Positions 1 to 9,399 of a DNA stretch of 64,000 nucleotides are shown here, piece by piece (the first letter of the stretch is position 1; every line of letters begins with the position of its first letter). Below the pieces are notes generated by a model, which made no database searches, was not told the origin of the DNA, and saw nothing but the letters and a program-made list of their open reading frames with translations. Position numbers and translations under genes: made by a program. The stretch is from Actinomycetota bacterium (GTDB taxonomy: Bacteria > Actinomycetota > Thermoleophilia > BMS3ABIN01): positions 115,173-179,172 of the forward strand of contig JAMCPM010000002.1 in the NCBI GenBank assembly GCA_023382335.1, read 5' to 3'.

Positions 1-537
1 ATGTTGGTTTCGATTTTGATCTTCTCAGTGATCATGGCGGGAATGTTCACCTTCCTTTGGGGGGCCAGTAGCCATTGGCAGACAGGCAAGAATTCCGCCG
101 ATATGACCGACAATGCCCGGACGGGTTTAAATCGTATGACCCGTGAAATACGCCAGGCTTCTATTGTGACGGCGGCGCAGATTAACCAAATATCCTTCTC
201 GGTGGATTTCGGCACAGGGGCGGAGGTCATTACTTACGGTTTTACTCCTGGTGATAATGGAGCTCCCGGTCTCATCTGGCGTAGCACCACATCCGCTCCC
301 GATGTGCAATTGACCCTGGTAAGCGATGTACAGAGCATGCAATTCAGTTATTACGGTAACGATTACAAATGCGATGCCGACGGGAACGGGGTCATAAACT
401 GGAGTGAACTGGTAGCCTGCAGTACATCGCCGGCCTCGAAGATCGCGAGGGTCGACATTAGTCTGGCAATGCGTGCTGGAAATGAGAATGACCAGACCTT
501 TACCGACCAAGCTTGGCTAAGAAACCGTGTTATTTAA
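1..537 (+). CDS. type IV pilus minor pilin-like protein (PilW/PulJ-like), 5'-truncated by window edge
   Basis: ORF runs in from the window start. A hydrophobic N-terminal stretch (prepilin-type helix) is followed by a beta-rich region. It overlaps the start of the PilX-like gene by 11 nt. Assigned by architecture only. Confidence 0.35.
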   Translation: MLVSILIFSVIMAGMFTFLWGASSHWQTGKNSADMTDNARTGLNRMTREIRQASIVTAAQINQISFSVDFGTGAEVITYGFTPGDNGAPGLIWRSTTSAPDVQLTLVSDVQSMQFSYYGNDYKCDADGNGVINWSELVACSTSPASKIARVDISLAMRAGNENDQTFTDQAWLRNRVI

Positions 538-1882
538 ACAAATGAAACTCGAAATGAAATCAGCGAAAATGGAAAAGATCAATTGGCATGATGAAGACGG
601 CGTGGCTCTTATCACGGTCATCTTTCTTGCTGCCATTCTTATGATGATGGGCGCAGGAATGTACTTCGTTGCCAGCCGGGAGGGCAAGATGTCCGCAGCT
701 GATTACGCTGGCGGTCAGGCTTTTTCGTACGCTGAAGGTGGGATTGAGAACGTAATGAACATCCTCAACTATGCAGGAACTGAATATCAATTGACTCGCC
801 AACGGGCCGACCAGAGCCCGGATGGATTCGGCTATCTTATGGATCCTGATCCAACCATGAGACAGACGCCTACAAACCCGATAGTGATGTCAATTGGGAA
901 CCAGAACTACACAGTGTCGGTCGACGAAGTCGACCAGAATGGCAATCATTGTGCGGGCTGTGGGTTGAACCTGTCCAATATTAGCCCTGCTTATTTGTTG
1001 ATTACGGCCGAGGGCCAGTCTTCCCAAGGTTATCGAAAACTGCAACAGCGCGTGCAGCTGGAGCCTAGCAATTACCCCCTGACATTCTTCATCGACGGAG
1101 ATGTCAACATGAACGGTAGCCCTGTTATCTCCGATCAAAGTATTTATGTGCGGGGCAATTTCTATGGCCGTGAGAAATTGACGATTTCGGGAACAGACCA
1201 GATCTATGGCGGCGGCGCCGGCGTCAGGTCAACAGGGTCAATATATGCAAAATCAAACGGCGGCAATACGCAGATATTTACCTCTTCCGGGGGACCCAGT
1301 AGTTACTGGGCGTCGAATTACGTCAATGACAGGGATAGTCGCGGGCCTACCGGCAATACTTTTTCCGCAGCTGAGCTCAACAATACGTTTAGCACCAGCG
1401 GCCTCACTGCCAGCCAGTTGGCTATTTTGAAATCTGCCGCAAAAGCGTCTGGCTATTACAACGGCAGTGCTAGTGGCAACATAACGATCCAGCAGAATGA
1501 TCTGCCTAATCGCGCGGGGGACGTGGTCATATATATCGAATATCCGTCAGGCACTCCCAATTCGAACGAGGTGGATCTCAAATTTGAATGGCCAAATCAA
1601 CCTACGTATACAACCGGTAAGGCTTTGGTGGTCGTAAAGAATGGCAGTGTTAAGCTTACCGGATCGGCCATAGGAGATATGCAAGGCGTAATCTATTGCC
1701 CCGATGGTCAGGCGAGATCCGACGGGAGCGGCAACGGTATCTTCACCGGTTATATCTGGTCCAAGGGACTGACGAACATCGGCAACTTCACTTTCAAGAT
1801 GGACACGCAAATGGTCGGAGATCCACCTTTCTTCGCTTGGACTGTGACACGCGATACCACCTGGACCGAAGTGGATAGGTAG
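527..1882 (+). CDS. PilX N-terminal domain-containing pilus assembly protein (large minor pilin)
   Basis: N-terminal segment DGVALITVIFLAAILMMMGAGMYFVASREGKMSAADYAGGQAFSYAEGGIE resembles the PilX_N domain (hydrophobic helix, then AxxAxxxAExG). Long Gly/Ser/Thr/Asn-rich C-terminal region is typical of large minor pilins/adhesins. Confidence 0.45.
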   Translation: MLFKQMKLEMKSAKMEKINWHDEDGVALITVIFLAAILMMMGAGMYFVASREGKMSAADYAGGQAFSYAEGGIENVMNILNYAGTEYQLTRQRADQSPDGFGYLMDPDPTMRQTPTNPIVMSIGNQNYTVSVDEVDQNGNHCAGCGLNLSNISPAYLLITAEGQSSQGYRKLQQRVQLEPSNYPLTFFIDGDVNMNGSPVISDQSIYVRGNFYGREKLTISGTDQIYGGGAGVRSTGSIYAKSNGGNTQIFTSSGGPSSYWASNYVNDRDSRGPTGNTFSAAELNNTFSTSGLTASQLAILKSAAKASGYYNGSASGNITIQQNDLPNRAGDVVIYIEYPSGTPNSNEVDLKFEWPNQPTYTTGKALVVVKNGSVKLTGSAIGDMQGVIYCPDGQARSDGSGNGIFTGYIWSKGLTNIGNFTFKMDTQMVGDPPFFAWTVTRDTTWTEVDR

Positions 1883-2066
1883 ATAGCCAACATAGATACC
1901 CGGACCGCTGACGCGGTCGTGCGGTTGTATTTAATAGGTAAACGGTTCGCGACAGCGGGCTGTTTAATTTTTTCAAAACTGTTTCGGCCGCAGGTAAACA
2001 GGAAATAATTGCGAACACTAGCTCGTCAACCTCGAATCCCGTCTGATCGTGAGGCTCGGAGCCGCG

Positions 2067-4865
2067 ATGGATTATCATCAGCTCTCCAACCAGGACCTGT
2101 TAAGTGAGCTCAAAACCGGAGCTGGCGGATTGGCGCCGGAAGAAGCGACTTCACGGTTGGAACATTATGGCCTCAACGAGATAACCGAGGCCAAGAAGAC
2201 TCCCCTCGTACTTCGCCTAGCTTCCAACTTCTATCATACATTCGCATTACTGCTGTGGGTGGCGGGAATCTTGGCGTTCATCGCTGGTTTGCCTGAACTG
2301 GGGTGGGCGATCATCGCGGTCATTTTTATTAATGCCATCTTCAGCTTCTGGCAGGAATATCAAGCGGAAAAAGCGGTTGAGGCCTTGAAACGGATTTTAC
2401 CTGCTCGAGCCCGTGTCATCCGGGGAGGGGAAATCACGGAAGTTCTGGCCCAGGAACTGGTTCCCGGTGACATGATGGTTCTCCAGGAAGGTGATAATAT
2501 CTCCGCCGATTCGCGACTGATCGAGGAAAGTAATCTAAGGGTCAACGCTGCCGTACTCACTGGTGAATCCGAGCCTGTCCGCAAGATGGCACAACCCGTT
2601 ACCGGAGAAGGACTCACCACGAGCGAGATACCCAACCTTGTGCTTGCGGGAACAAGTGTTGCCCTGGGGACTGCCAGGGCGGTCGTTTTTGCCACAGGTA
2701 TGAATACCGAGTTTGGCAAGATTGCCGCACTGACACAGACTGTCAAGGTCGAGCTGAGCCCGCTGCAAAAAGATGTTAACCGCGTAGCCCTGATTATCGC
2801 TGGCGTAGCCATCGTCATGGGCACCGCGCTATTTGGTGTCGCAGCCCTGTTTACTCCTTTAAGTTTGGGAACCGCTGCTATTTTTGCAATCGGCATGCTG
2901 GTCGCCAATGTTCCTGAAGGACTACTGCCGACAGTGACTCTCTCATTGGCGATGGCAGTCAAGCGAATGGTACACAGGCACGCTCTGGTCAAGCGTCTTT
3001 CGGGAGTCGAAACGCTAGGAAGTACGACGGTCATTTGCACGGACAAAACGGGAACTTTGACTCAGAATGAAATGACGGTTCGCCATTTGTGGGCGAGCGG
3101 CAGATTGATAGATGTCAGTGGGGTCGGTTATAAACCTAAAGGAGAATTCACAATTGACAATGCGCCAATTGATAAAGATGCGTCCGCAAAACTCGAGCCC
3201 TTGGCTCAAATAGCCGCTCTTTGCAATAACGCTCGCCTGATAAAACCAGAAGGAGAACATACTCGTTGGGGAATCGTCGGTGATCCCACGGAGGCGGCGT
3301 TACTTGTTGCCGCCGGCAAGTGGGGTTACGACTGGGCCGATGCCCTCAAGGCTAACCCACGAGTCAGCGAGCTTCCATTTGATTCGAAGCGTAAACGCAT
3401 GACCGTGATCCACCACATTGAAAGTTTCGCGAATTCCGGTGCCGTGGAGCCTGGCAATAAAGCGGCTTTTCCGTACATTGCTTACGTAAAGGGAGCTCCC
3501 AAAGAAATTCTCTCTTTATGCTCCCGAATCCTTATGAATGGGATAGAGATCGGTCTTTCCGACGAGCAGCGGCAAATAATCATCGACCAGAATGACGATC
3601 TGGCCCGAGGTGGCCTCAGGGTGCTGGCTATGGCTTTCCGAATGTTGCCTGATGGAATCGATATATCTCCAGAAAATATCGAGCAGGACCTGTCATTTAT
3701 GGGACTGATGGCAATGATGGATCCGCCTAGGACCGAAGTCGAGGCGGCAATCGGCCACTGCCAGGATGCCGGCATCAGGGTCATCATGATCACCGGTGAT
3801 TATGGACTCACGGCAGAGTCCGTGGCTCGGCGCATTGGACTGCTCGGTACCGAAGCGGCCCACATCGTTAATGGCGCCGACCTCGAGAAGATGCCGGACG
3901 CCCAGCTCAGGGAGGTCGTCGAGGAACCTCACATACTGTTTGCACGCGTATCACCAGAACACAAGATGCGAATCGCGGCGGCGTTGAAAGAAAAAGGCGA
4001 GATTGTCGCCATGACAGGTGACGGTGTTAATGATGCGCCCGCGCTTAAGACCGCCGATATCGGCATTGCCATGGGAATTTCTGGCACGGACGTCGCCAAA
4101 GAGGCGGCGACGATAGTACTCACTGATGATAATTTTGCCAGTATTGTCGGGGCCGTCGAAGAGGGACGGGTTGTCTACGATAATATGAAGAAGTTCCTGG
4201 CCTACATCTTTGCGCATCTGACTCCGGAGGTGGTACCGTTTGTAGCTTTTGTGCTTTTTGATGTGCCGCTGCCACTGACGGTGATGCAGATTCTGGCGAT
4301 CGATCTGGGCACTGAAACACTGCCCGCTCTTGCGCTTGGTGTAGAGAAAGCTGAGCCGGACATACTGAAGAGGCCTCCTAGATCGAGGAAGGAGAAGCTG
4401 GTGGATGTTTCGATGCTGTTACGGGCATGGGTTTTCCTCGGAGTCATAGAAGCAGCTCTGGTGATGGCAGGCTTTTTCTGGGTAATGTATTCAGGTGGCT
4501 GGAGTTGGGGTCAATCCCTAGCCGCTGATGACCATCTATACCTGGAGGCGACCACAATGACATGGGCCGGCATCGTTGCTACGCAGGTCGGGACCGCATT
4601 CGCCTGCAGGACCAATCGGGTTTCAGTCATTAAGGTAGGCTTCTGGTCAAACAGGTGGCTGCTATGGGGAATCCTGTTTGAGATAGTGCTGACTATATTG
4701 ATTGTTTACCTGCCGCCCCTGCAGAGAGTCTTCCAGACCACAGGCCTGGGTTGGCAGCAATGGGTTGTGCTGTCGACGTTTCCAATTATCATGTTTGTCA
4801 GCGATGAACTCCGGAAGTTGCTTTCGCGAAGATTGTCCGCAACCGCTAAAGGAGGAACGAAATGA
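2067..4865 (+). CDS. cation-transporting P-type ATPase (P2/P3-type, Ca2+/Mg2+-like)
   Basis: Phosphorylation motif CTDKTGTLTQNEM; hinge motif MTGDGVNDAPALKTADIGIAMG; TGES (LTGESEPV); PEGL in TM4; about 10 TM segments; cation-ATPase N-terminal domain. ATG at 2067 chosen over in-frame GTG at 2049. Confidence 0.9.
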   Translation: MDYHQLSNQDLLSELKTGAGGLAPEEATSRLEHYGLNEITEAKKTPLVLRLASNFYHTFALLLWVAGILAFIAGLPELGWAIIAVIFINAIFSFWQEYQAEKAVEALKRILPARARVIRGGEITEVLAQELVPGDMMVLQEGDNISADSRLIEESNLRVNAAVLTGESEPVRKMAQPVTGEGLTTSEIPNLVLAGTSVALGTARAVVFATGMNTEFGKIAALTQTVKVELSPLQKDVNRVALIIAGVAIVMGTALFGVAALFTPLSLGTAAIFAIGMLVANVPEGLLPTVTLSLAMAVKRMVHRHALVKRLSGVETLGSTTVICTDKTGTLTQNEMTVRHLWASGRLIDVSGVGYKPKGEFTIDNAPIDKDASAKLEPLAQIAALCNNARLIKPEGEHTRWGIVGDPTEAALLVAAGKWGYDWADALKANPRVSELPFDSKRKRMTVIHHIESFANSGAVEPGNKAAFPYIAYVKGAPKEILSLCSRILMNGIEIGLSDEQRQIIIDQNDDLARGGLRVLAMAFRMLPDGIDISPENIEQDLSFMGLMAMMDPPRTEVEAAIGHCQDAGIRVIMITGDYGLTAESVARRIGLLGTEAAHIVNGADLEKMPDAQLREVVEEPHILFARVSPEHKMRIAAALKEKGEIVAMTGDGVNDAPALKTADIGIAMGISGTDVAKEAATIVLTDDNFASIVGAVEEGRVVYDNMKKFLAYIFAHLTPEVVPFVAFVLFDVPLPLTVMQILAIDLGTETLPALALGVEKAEPDILKRPPRSRKEKLVDVSMLLRAWVFLGVIEAALVMAGFFWVMYSGGWSWGQSLAADDHLYLEATTMTWAGIVATQVGTAFACRTNRVSVIKVGFWSNRWLLWGILFEIVLTILIVYLPPLQRVFQTTGLGWQQWVVLSTFPIIMFVSDELRKLLSRRLSATAKGGTK

Positions 4866-5509
4866 AAATCGTAGTTCTCGGCTGTGGCAGAGTTGGCTCA
4901 CAGTTGGCCGGAGCCCTTTATGTCGAGGGTCACGACGTTTCCATTATCGATAAGGATCCCAAGGCGTTTCGACGGCTCAATCCATCATTTCAAGGGAAAA
5001 TCGTGACTGGTGTTGGTTTTGACCGGGATGTTCTCATCGATGCTGGCATCGAGCGCGCAGACGGCTTCGCCTCAGTGACAAATGGGGATAACAGCAATAT
5101 CATTTCCGCCTTGATAGCCAAACGCGTTTTCAGGGTTCCACGTGTGGTTACAAGGATTTACGACCCCATGCGAGCGAATATTTATAAACGGTTTGGAATT
5201 CCGACAATCTCCTCTACCGTCTGGGGCGCAAACGGTTTGCGCGAGCATCTGCTTTACCGGGAGATGAGGAGCGAGCTTAGTTTCGGCAGCGGTGAGGTCC
5301 TCCTGTTGGAGTTTGAGGTGCCTGTAGGCCTTGTCGGGCGCTCGGTGGCTGATCTCACTGTCGAAGGGCAGGCTCTGATTACATGCGTGGTCCGATTGGG
5401 GCAGGCCATGGTGCCTTCCGGCGCCACAGTCTTCAGAGAGGGCGATCTCATATTCGCCTGCGTCGCAAACGGCTTTCTTGGCAAATTCCGGGAATTACTC
5501 GGATATTAG
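4862..5509 (+). CDS. TrkA/KtrA-type RCK protein (TrkA-N NAD-binding + TrkA-C)
   Basis: MKIVVLGCGRVGSQLAGAL Rossmann GxGxxG at the N-terminus, 215 aa. ATGA overlap with the ATPase stop (translational coupling). Confidence 0.8.
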   Translation: MKIVVLGCGRVGSQLAGALYVEGHDVSIIDKDPKAFRRLNPSFQGKIVTGVGFDRDVLIDAGIERADGFASVTNGDNSNIISALIAKRVFRVPRVVTRIYDPMRANIYKRFGIPTISSTVWGANGLREHLLYREMRSELSFGSGEVLLLEFEVPVGLVGRSVADLTVEGQALITCVVRLGQAMVPSGATVFREGDLIFACVANGFLGKFRELLGY

Positions 5510-5518
5510 GAGGTTTCC

Positions 5519-6175
5519 ATGAATGTCCTTATCGTTGGCCGAGGCAGGACCGGCGCTTATCTAAGTGAGGCGCTGGCTGAAGCTGGCACACACAGGGTAG
5601 TGGTGGTGGAGTCGAGTGAGAGCCGTGCGGCGCAATCGGCGCCGGCTGGTGCCAGGGTGATGTGGGCTGATGGTTGCGATCCCTCCGTCCTCGAGGAGGC
5701 AGGAGTGCGAAACTCTGACCTCGTGGTAGCCACAACCGGGGACGATGAGGACAACCTCGTCGTCGCGCAGTTGGCAAAACTGCACTTCGGCGTGTCCAGG
5801 GTCATCGCCAGGGTGAACAATCCACGCAACTATTGGCTATATACCAAAGAATGGGGCGTGGATGTAGCTGTTTCGCCAACCGATATCATCACCAAGATAA
5901 TCGAAGAAGAGATGTCTCTGGGAGATCTGGTGACTCTGCTGAAGCTCAAGGGCGGCGAGGTCGCGCTGGCTGAGATCACCGTCACTTCGGGTTCCAAGGC
6001 AGCCGGAAAGCTCGTCAGCGATCTCTCTCTGCCTAAAGGATCGGTGATCGTCGCCATCATGCGTGGCGGTGAAGTGATTGTACCTGGCGGCCAGACACAG
6101 CTTCTGACCAACGATGAATTACTGGCTATAACCTCGGTGCAAAAAGAAAGCGAACTGATGCAGGCGCTGCAGTGA
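5519..6175 (+). CDS. TrkA/KtrA-type RCK protein (second copy)
   Basis: MNVLIVGRGRTGAYLSEALAEAG Rossmann motif; 218 aa with TrkA-N plus TrkA-C layout; 9 nt after the first copy. Confidence 0.8.
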   Translation: MNVLIVGRGRTGAYLSEALAEAGTHRVVVVESSESRAAQSAPAGARVMWADGCDPSVLEEAGVRNSDLVVATTGDDEDNLVVAQLAKLHFGVSRVIARVNNPRNYWLYTKEWGVDVAVSPTDIITKIIEEEMSLGDLVTLLKLKGGEVALAEITVTSGSKAAGKLVSDLSLPKGSVIVAIMRGGEVIVPGGQTQLLTNDELLAITSVQKESELMQALQ

Positions 6176-6810
6176 TGGATAATAGGAAAATTATTGACAT
6201 CTCGGTTCCGGTTTTTAGCGGCATGGCCTCTTATCCCGGAGACCCTGGAGCGGAAATAAAGCCGTATCTGGAGATATCGCGAGGCTCCGTAGCCAACATA
6301 TCCCAGTTGAAACTGGGCTCTCATACCGGAACCCATATCGATGCTCCTCGTCATTTCAAGGATGGCGCGATGCCGGTAGATGAACTATCGCTCGATATTC
6401 TGGTTGGTCCGGCGCGAGTCGTGGACATGTCCCGGGCAGAGTCATCGATTTCACGTGACGATATTGAGAACGAGGATCTTGGAAGCGTATCCAGGCTTCT
6501 GATCAAGACCACAAATTCTGCTCTTTGGGAAAAACCCGATTTCCAAAGGGATTACGTTCCGCTGTCGTCCGAAGCCGCGGACTATCTGGTGGAATTAGGG
6601 GTGAGCCTGGTGGGGATCGACTATCTTTCGATAGAGCGTTTCAAATCGGACACACATGCCGTGCACCATGCCCTGCTTGGATCTGGCGTCATCGTTCTCG
6701 AAGGCATCGATCTGCGCGGGGTCGAAACCGGCGATTACCAGCTCGTTTGCCTGCCGTTGAAAATTCGGGGTGGAGATGGCGCCCCGGCCAGAGCGATTCT
6801 GATTGCCTGA
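6172..6810 (+). CDS. cyclase-family protein (kynurenine formamidase-like metal-dependent hydrolase)
   Basis: Motif GSHTGTHIDAPRHF (HxGTHxDxPxH) characteristic of PF04199 cyclase/arylformamidase family. GTGATG start overlaps the TrkA stop. Confidence 0.75.
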   Translation: MMDNRKIIDISVPVFSGMASYPGDPGAEIKPYLEISRGSVANISQLKLGSHTGTHIDAPRHFKDGAMPVDELSLDILVGPARVVDMSRAESSISRDDIENEDLGSVSRLLIKTTNSALWEKPDFQRDYVPLSSEAADYLVELGVSLVGIDYLSIERFKSDTHAVHHALLGSGVIVLEGIDLRGVETGDYQLVCLPLKIRGGDGAPARAILIA

Positions 6811-6846
6811 TCCCGAGTTTTCGTGACCGAATCGAGAATCGTGTAA

Positions 6847-9072
6847 CTACTCTGTGACGATAGTCCTTATCGTCCCCATCTTCTCGGTCACGACGAAGGA
6901 AGTGACGTCGACGTCGCGGCGGAACTTCAGCGAGATTGCGGCCTTGCCGACCCGCAACCCCTTAACGTCGACCTCATTGAGCCACTTGGGAAGCACCGGA
7001 CTATTGACATAAAGTGTGTTTGAGGGGGCATCGGCCTCGATGCCGAGAAGCGCCTGGAGAATCATGAAAATGCTGCCTGCCGCCCAAGCCTGGGGACTAC
7101 AGGCGACCGGATAGTTAACCGGTCGGCTGATGGAACGCTTTGTGAAGCCGCAGAACAGCTCGGGTAGGCGGTAATAGTCATAATGCAGCGCCGCATCGAA
7201 AAGTCCGCTTGCTACCTTCGAAGCTTCCGGGTTGAAACCGTACTTTTTTAGCCCCCTGATGATGATGGCGTTATCGTGCGGCCAGACGCTACCATTGTGG
7301 TAGCTCATGGGGTTGTAGTTGATCGAGGCTTTGCTCATCGTCCTGATACCCCATCCAGAGAACATGTCGGGCTGCATCAGACGGTCGGCAACGAGCTGGC
7401 CTTTATCTTCATCGATGATGCGCGCCCAGAGGCCATGGGCAGGGTTTGAAGTGATGGTCTTAACCTGCCTCTTTTCTCTATCCAGAGCCATGGCATAAAA
7501 TCCTTCGCGGGGCATCCAGAAAGCCTCATTGAAACGGTGCTTGAGCGTTTCAGCTTGCCCGGAGAGCTCCTCTGCCCGTTCGCGGTCGCCAAGCAGCTCG
7601 AACAACTCAGCCATCCGTCGCTTTGCGTAATAAACGTATGCCTGTACTTCCGAGAGGGCTATAGGAGTTTCCGCCAGGCTACCATCGGTATGAACCACCG
7701 AATTACCAGAGTCTTTCCAGCCCTGATTGACGAGGCCGCGCCTGGATCGGGTTTCGTATTCGACAAAGCCATCCCCATCGATATCCCCATATTCATCGAT
7801 CCAGCCGAGAGCATTAGTGATGGCATCGCCCATGTTGCGCGCGATTTCGAGATTGCCCGTCCATTTCACGATATCGGAAAGCATTATCAGGTAAAGCGCT
7901 GTCGAGTCGGCGCTGCCAAAATACGGCGTATGAGGTATAGCCCGGATATTAGCCAGTTCCCCGCGTCTTACTTCGTGAAAGATTTTGCCCGGCTCCTCAT
8001 CTCGCCAGGGGTCGACTACTTTCCCTTGCAGTTGGGTGAATACATTGGCTGTGGCAGTAGCCGGATGCGAATCCAGCATCATGATCTGTAGGCAGGTAAT
8101 GATGGTGTCGCGGCCGAACGGGGTGACAAACCAGGGAACGCCTGCACTGAGGAAGTAGCCCATCTCAGTCTCGGTTTCGAGCATGCGGATATCCCGCTGA
8201 CTGCTTCTCAGCACAGCAGTGAACAGTTCGTTGTCGGTCTCGATCTGGCAAGAGCCTTTGAACCAGGACTCGTAGCTTTTTCTGACGTCGCCAATCGCCT
8301 TGTTGAAATCAGTGGCTACCGGCGGGTGCGTAGTTGGAAGGATAGGCTCGATACTGTATTTGACGACACGCCTCTCCCGCGGCTTCAGTTGGAAACGGAA
8401 GATCGCGGTTGTACCTTCAATGCGAGTGGGAGGCGTCTCCATACGGATGTCTGTCTTTCGAAGGATGGCATCGAGGCCGTGGTAGGCGAGCAGGATGGAA
8501 TCCTCGGTAACTTTGGGAGCCAAACGGGTCCCGTATTTGGTGCGCTTGGTGCCACGAACCTCGAACATGTCGGCAAAATCAGAGTCGAAATCAAACTCAA
8601 GCGAGATATCTACGGGAAAATGATTGTAATTCTTTATCCGGATGAGCTCGTAAAGTTTGCCATTTACGACACGGATGCGCCGGATATTGATCGTTTCCTG
8701 CGGCACCACCGTGCCGTCAGCGCTCATGAAGTCGGCATTGGTGAGTTCGATCTGGCTCATGAACCCCCGGTCTGCCGTTGAGGAAAGCAGCACAGGATTG
8801 GAGCCGAAAAGGGTCATGTCGAAAGTACTGAGGAAACGGGTGTCCTGGAAATATAAGCCCAGGCCGGACGTATCTTCCCGAGAAACATTCCCTTCGATAT
8901 CGCTGTAAAGAAACAGCTCACCTTCTTTAACGACGAGCTTTTCCTTTTTAACGTCAACGATGACAAAAGGCTCGCCCTGGGCAAGCACGCGGCTGGAGTC
9001 TTCCGTGAGAACCTGGAAGTACTCATCACCGATTTTGATCTGTTGTCCGTTGGTCACGTCTTGGCCTGGCAT
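6847..9072 (-). CDS. amylo-alpha-1,6-glucosidase / glycogen-debranching-enzyme-like glycoside hydrolase (GDE_N + six-hairpin GDE_C)
   Basis: 741 aa. C-terminal half has (alpha/alpha)6 glycosidase signatures (GLVNQGWKDSGNS, MSYHNGSVWPHDNAII). N-terminal beta-sandwich region resembles the GDE N-terminal domain. Confidence 0.6.
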   Translation of the reverse strand: MPGQDVTNGQQIKIGDEYFQVLTEDSSRVLAQGEPFVIVDVKKEKLVVKEGELFLYSDIEGNVSREDTSGLGLYFQDTRFLSTFDMTLFGSNPVLLSSTADRGFMSQIELTNADFMSADGTVVPQETINIRRIRVVNGKLYELIRIKNYNHFPVDISLEFDFDSDFADMFEVRGTKRTKYGTRLAPKVTEDSILLAYHGLDAILRKTDIRMETPPTRIEGTTAIFRFQLKPRERRVVKYSIEPILPTTHPPVATDFNKAIGDVRKSYESWFKGSCQIETDNELFTAVLRSSQRDIRMLETETEMGYFLSAGVPWFVTPFGRDTIITCLQIMMLDSHPATATANVFTQLQGKVVDPWRDEEPGKIFHEVRRGELANIRAIPHTPYFGSADSTALYLIMLSDIVKWTGNLEIARNMGDAITNALGWIDEYGDIDGDGFVEYETRSRRGLVNQGWKDSGNSVVHTDGSLAETPIALSEVQAYVYYAKRRMAELFELLGDRERAEELSGQAETLKHRFNEAFWMPREGFYAMALDREKRQVKTITSNPAHGLWARIIDEDKGQLVADRLMQPDMFSGWGIRTMSKASINYNPMSYHNGSVWPHDNAIIIRGLKKYGFNPEASKVASGLFDAALHYDYYRLPELFCGFTKRSISRPVNYPVACSPQAWAAGSIFMILQALLGIEADAPSNTLYVNSPVLPKWLNEVDVKGLRVGKAAISLKFRRDVDVTSFVVTEKMGTIRTIVTE

Positions 9073-9399
9073 GGCTTTCTCTTCGGTCTATAGCACAGAA
9101 TATGAAGTTTACTAACGGACTCTTGCGGGAATTGAACGTTCACAAGTTTTTGGAGCGGGTCCGGCGGCTGCCGTCTTTTCCCACAAAAAAATGATTAAGG
9201 ATCAGATTTATTGGCGTATTGTAGCACAACACCGGGCTGCACCCGGCAAGCAGAAACGCCATTGGCATCGCCATCGAGAACCGGGTTTTTCCGATTCTGA
9301 TCATTATTTCTTTTACCCGGATTACCGGGCTTCACAAGCAAGAATGAATATTGCTAAACAGGTCATGTATCCGTTTGGCTCGTTCAAAGGAGGCAAATA

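Noticed and set aside
2360-3046. 228-aa antisense ORF inside the P-type ATPase gene (and similar antisense ORFs in dnaE, the leu genes, TGase, MoxR and tldD)
   Set aside because: Embedded antisense to high-confidence genes and Ser/Ala/Arg-rich; no independent evidence.
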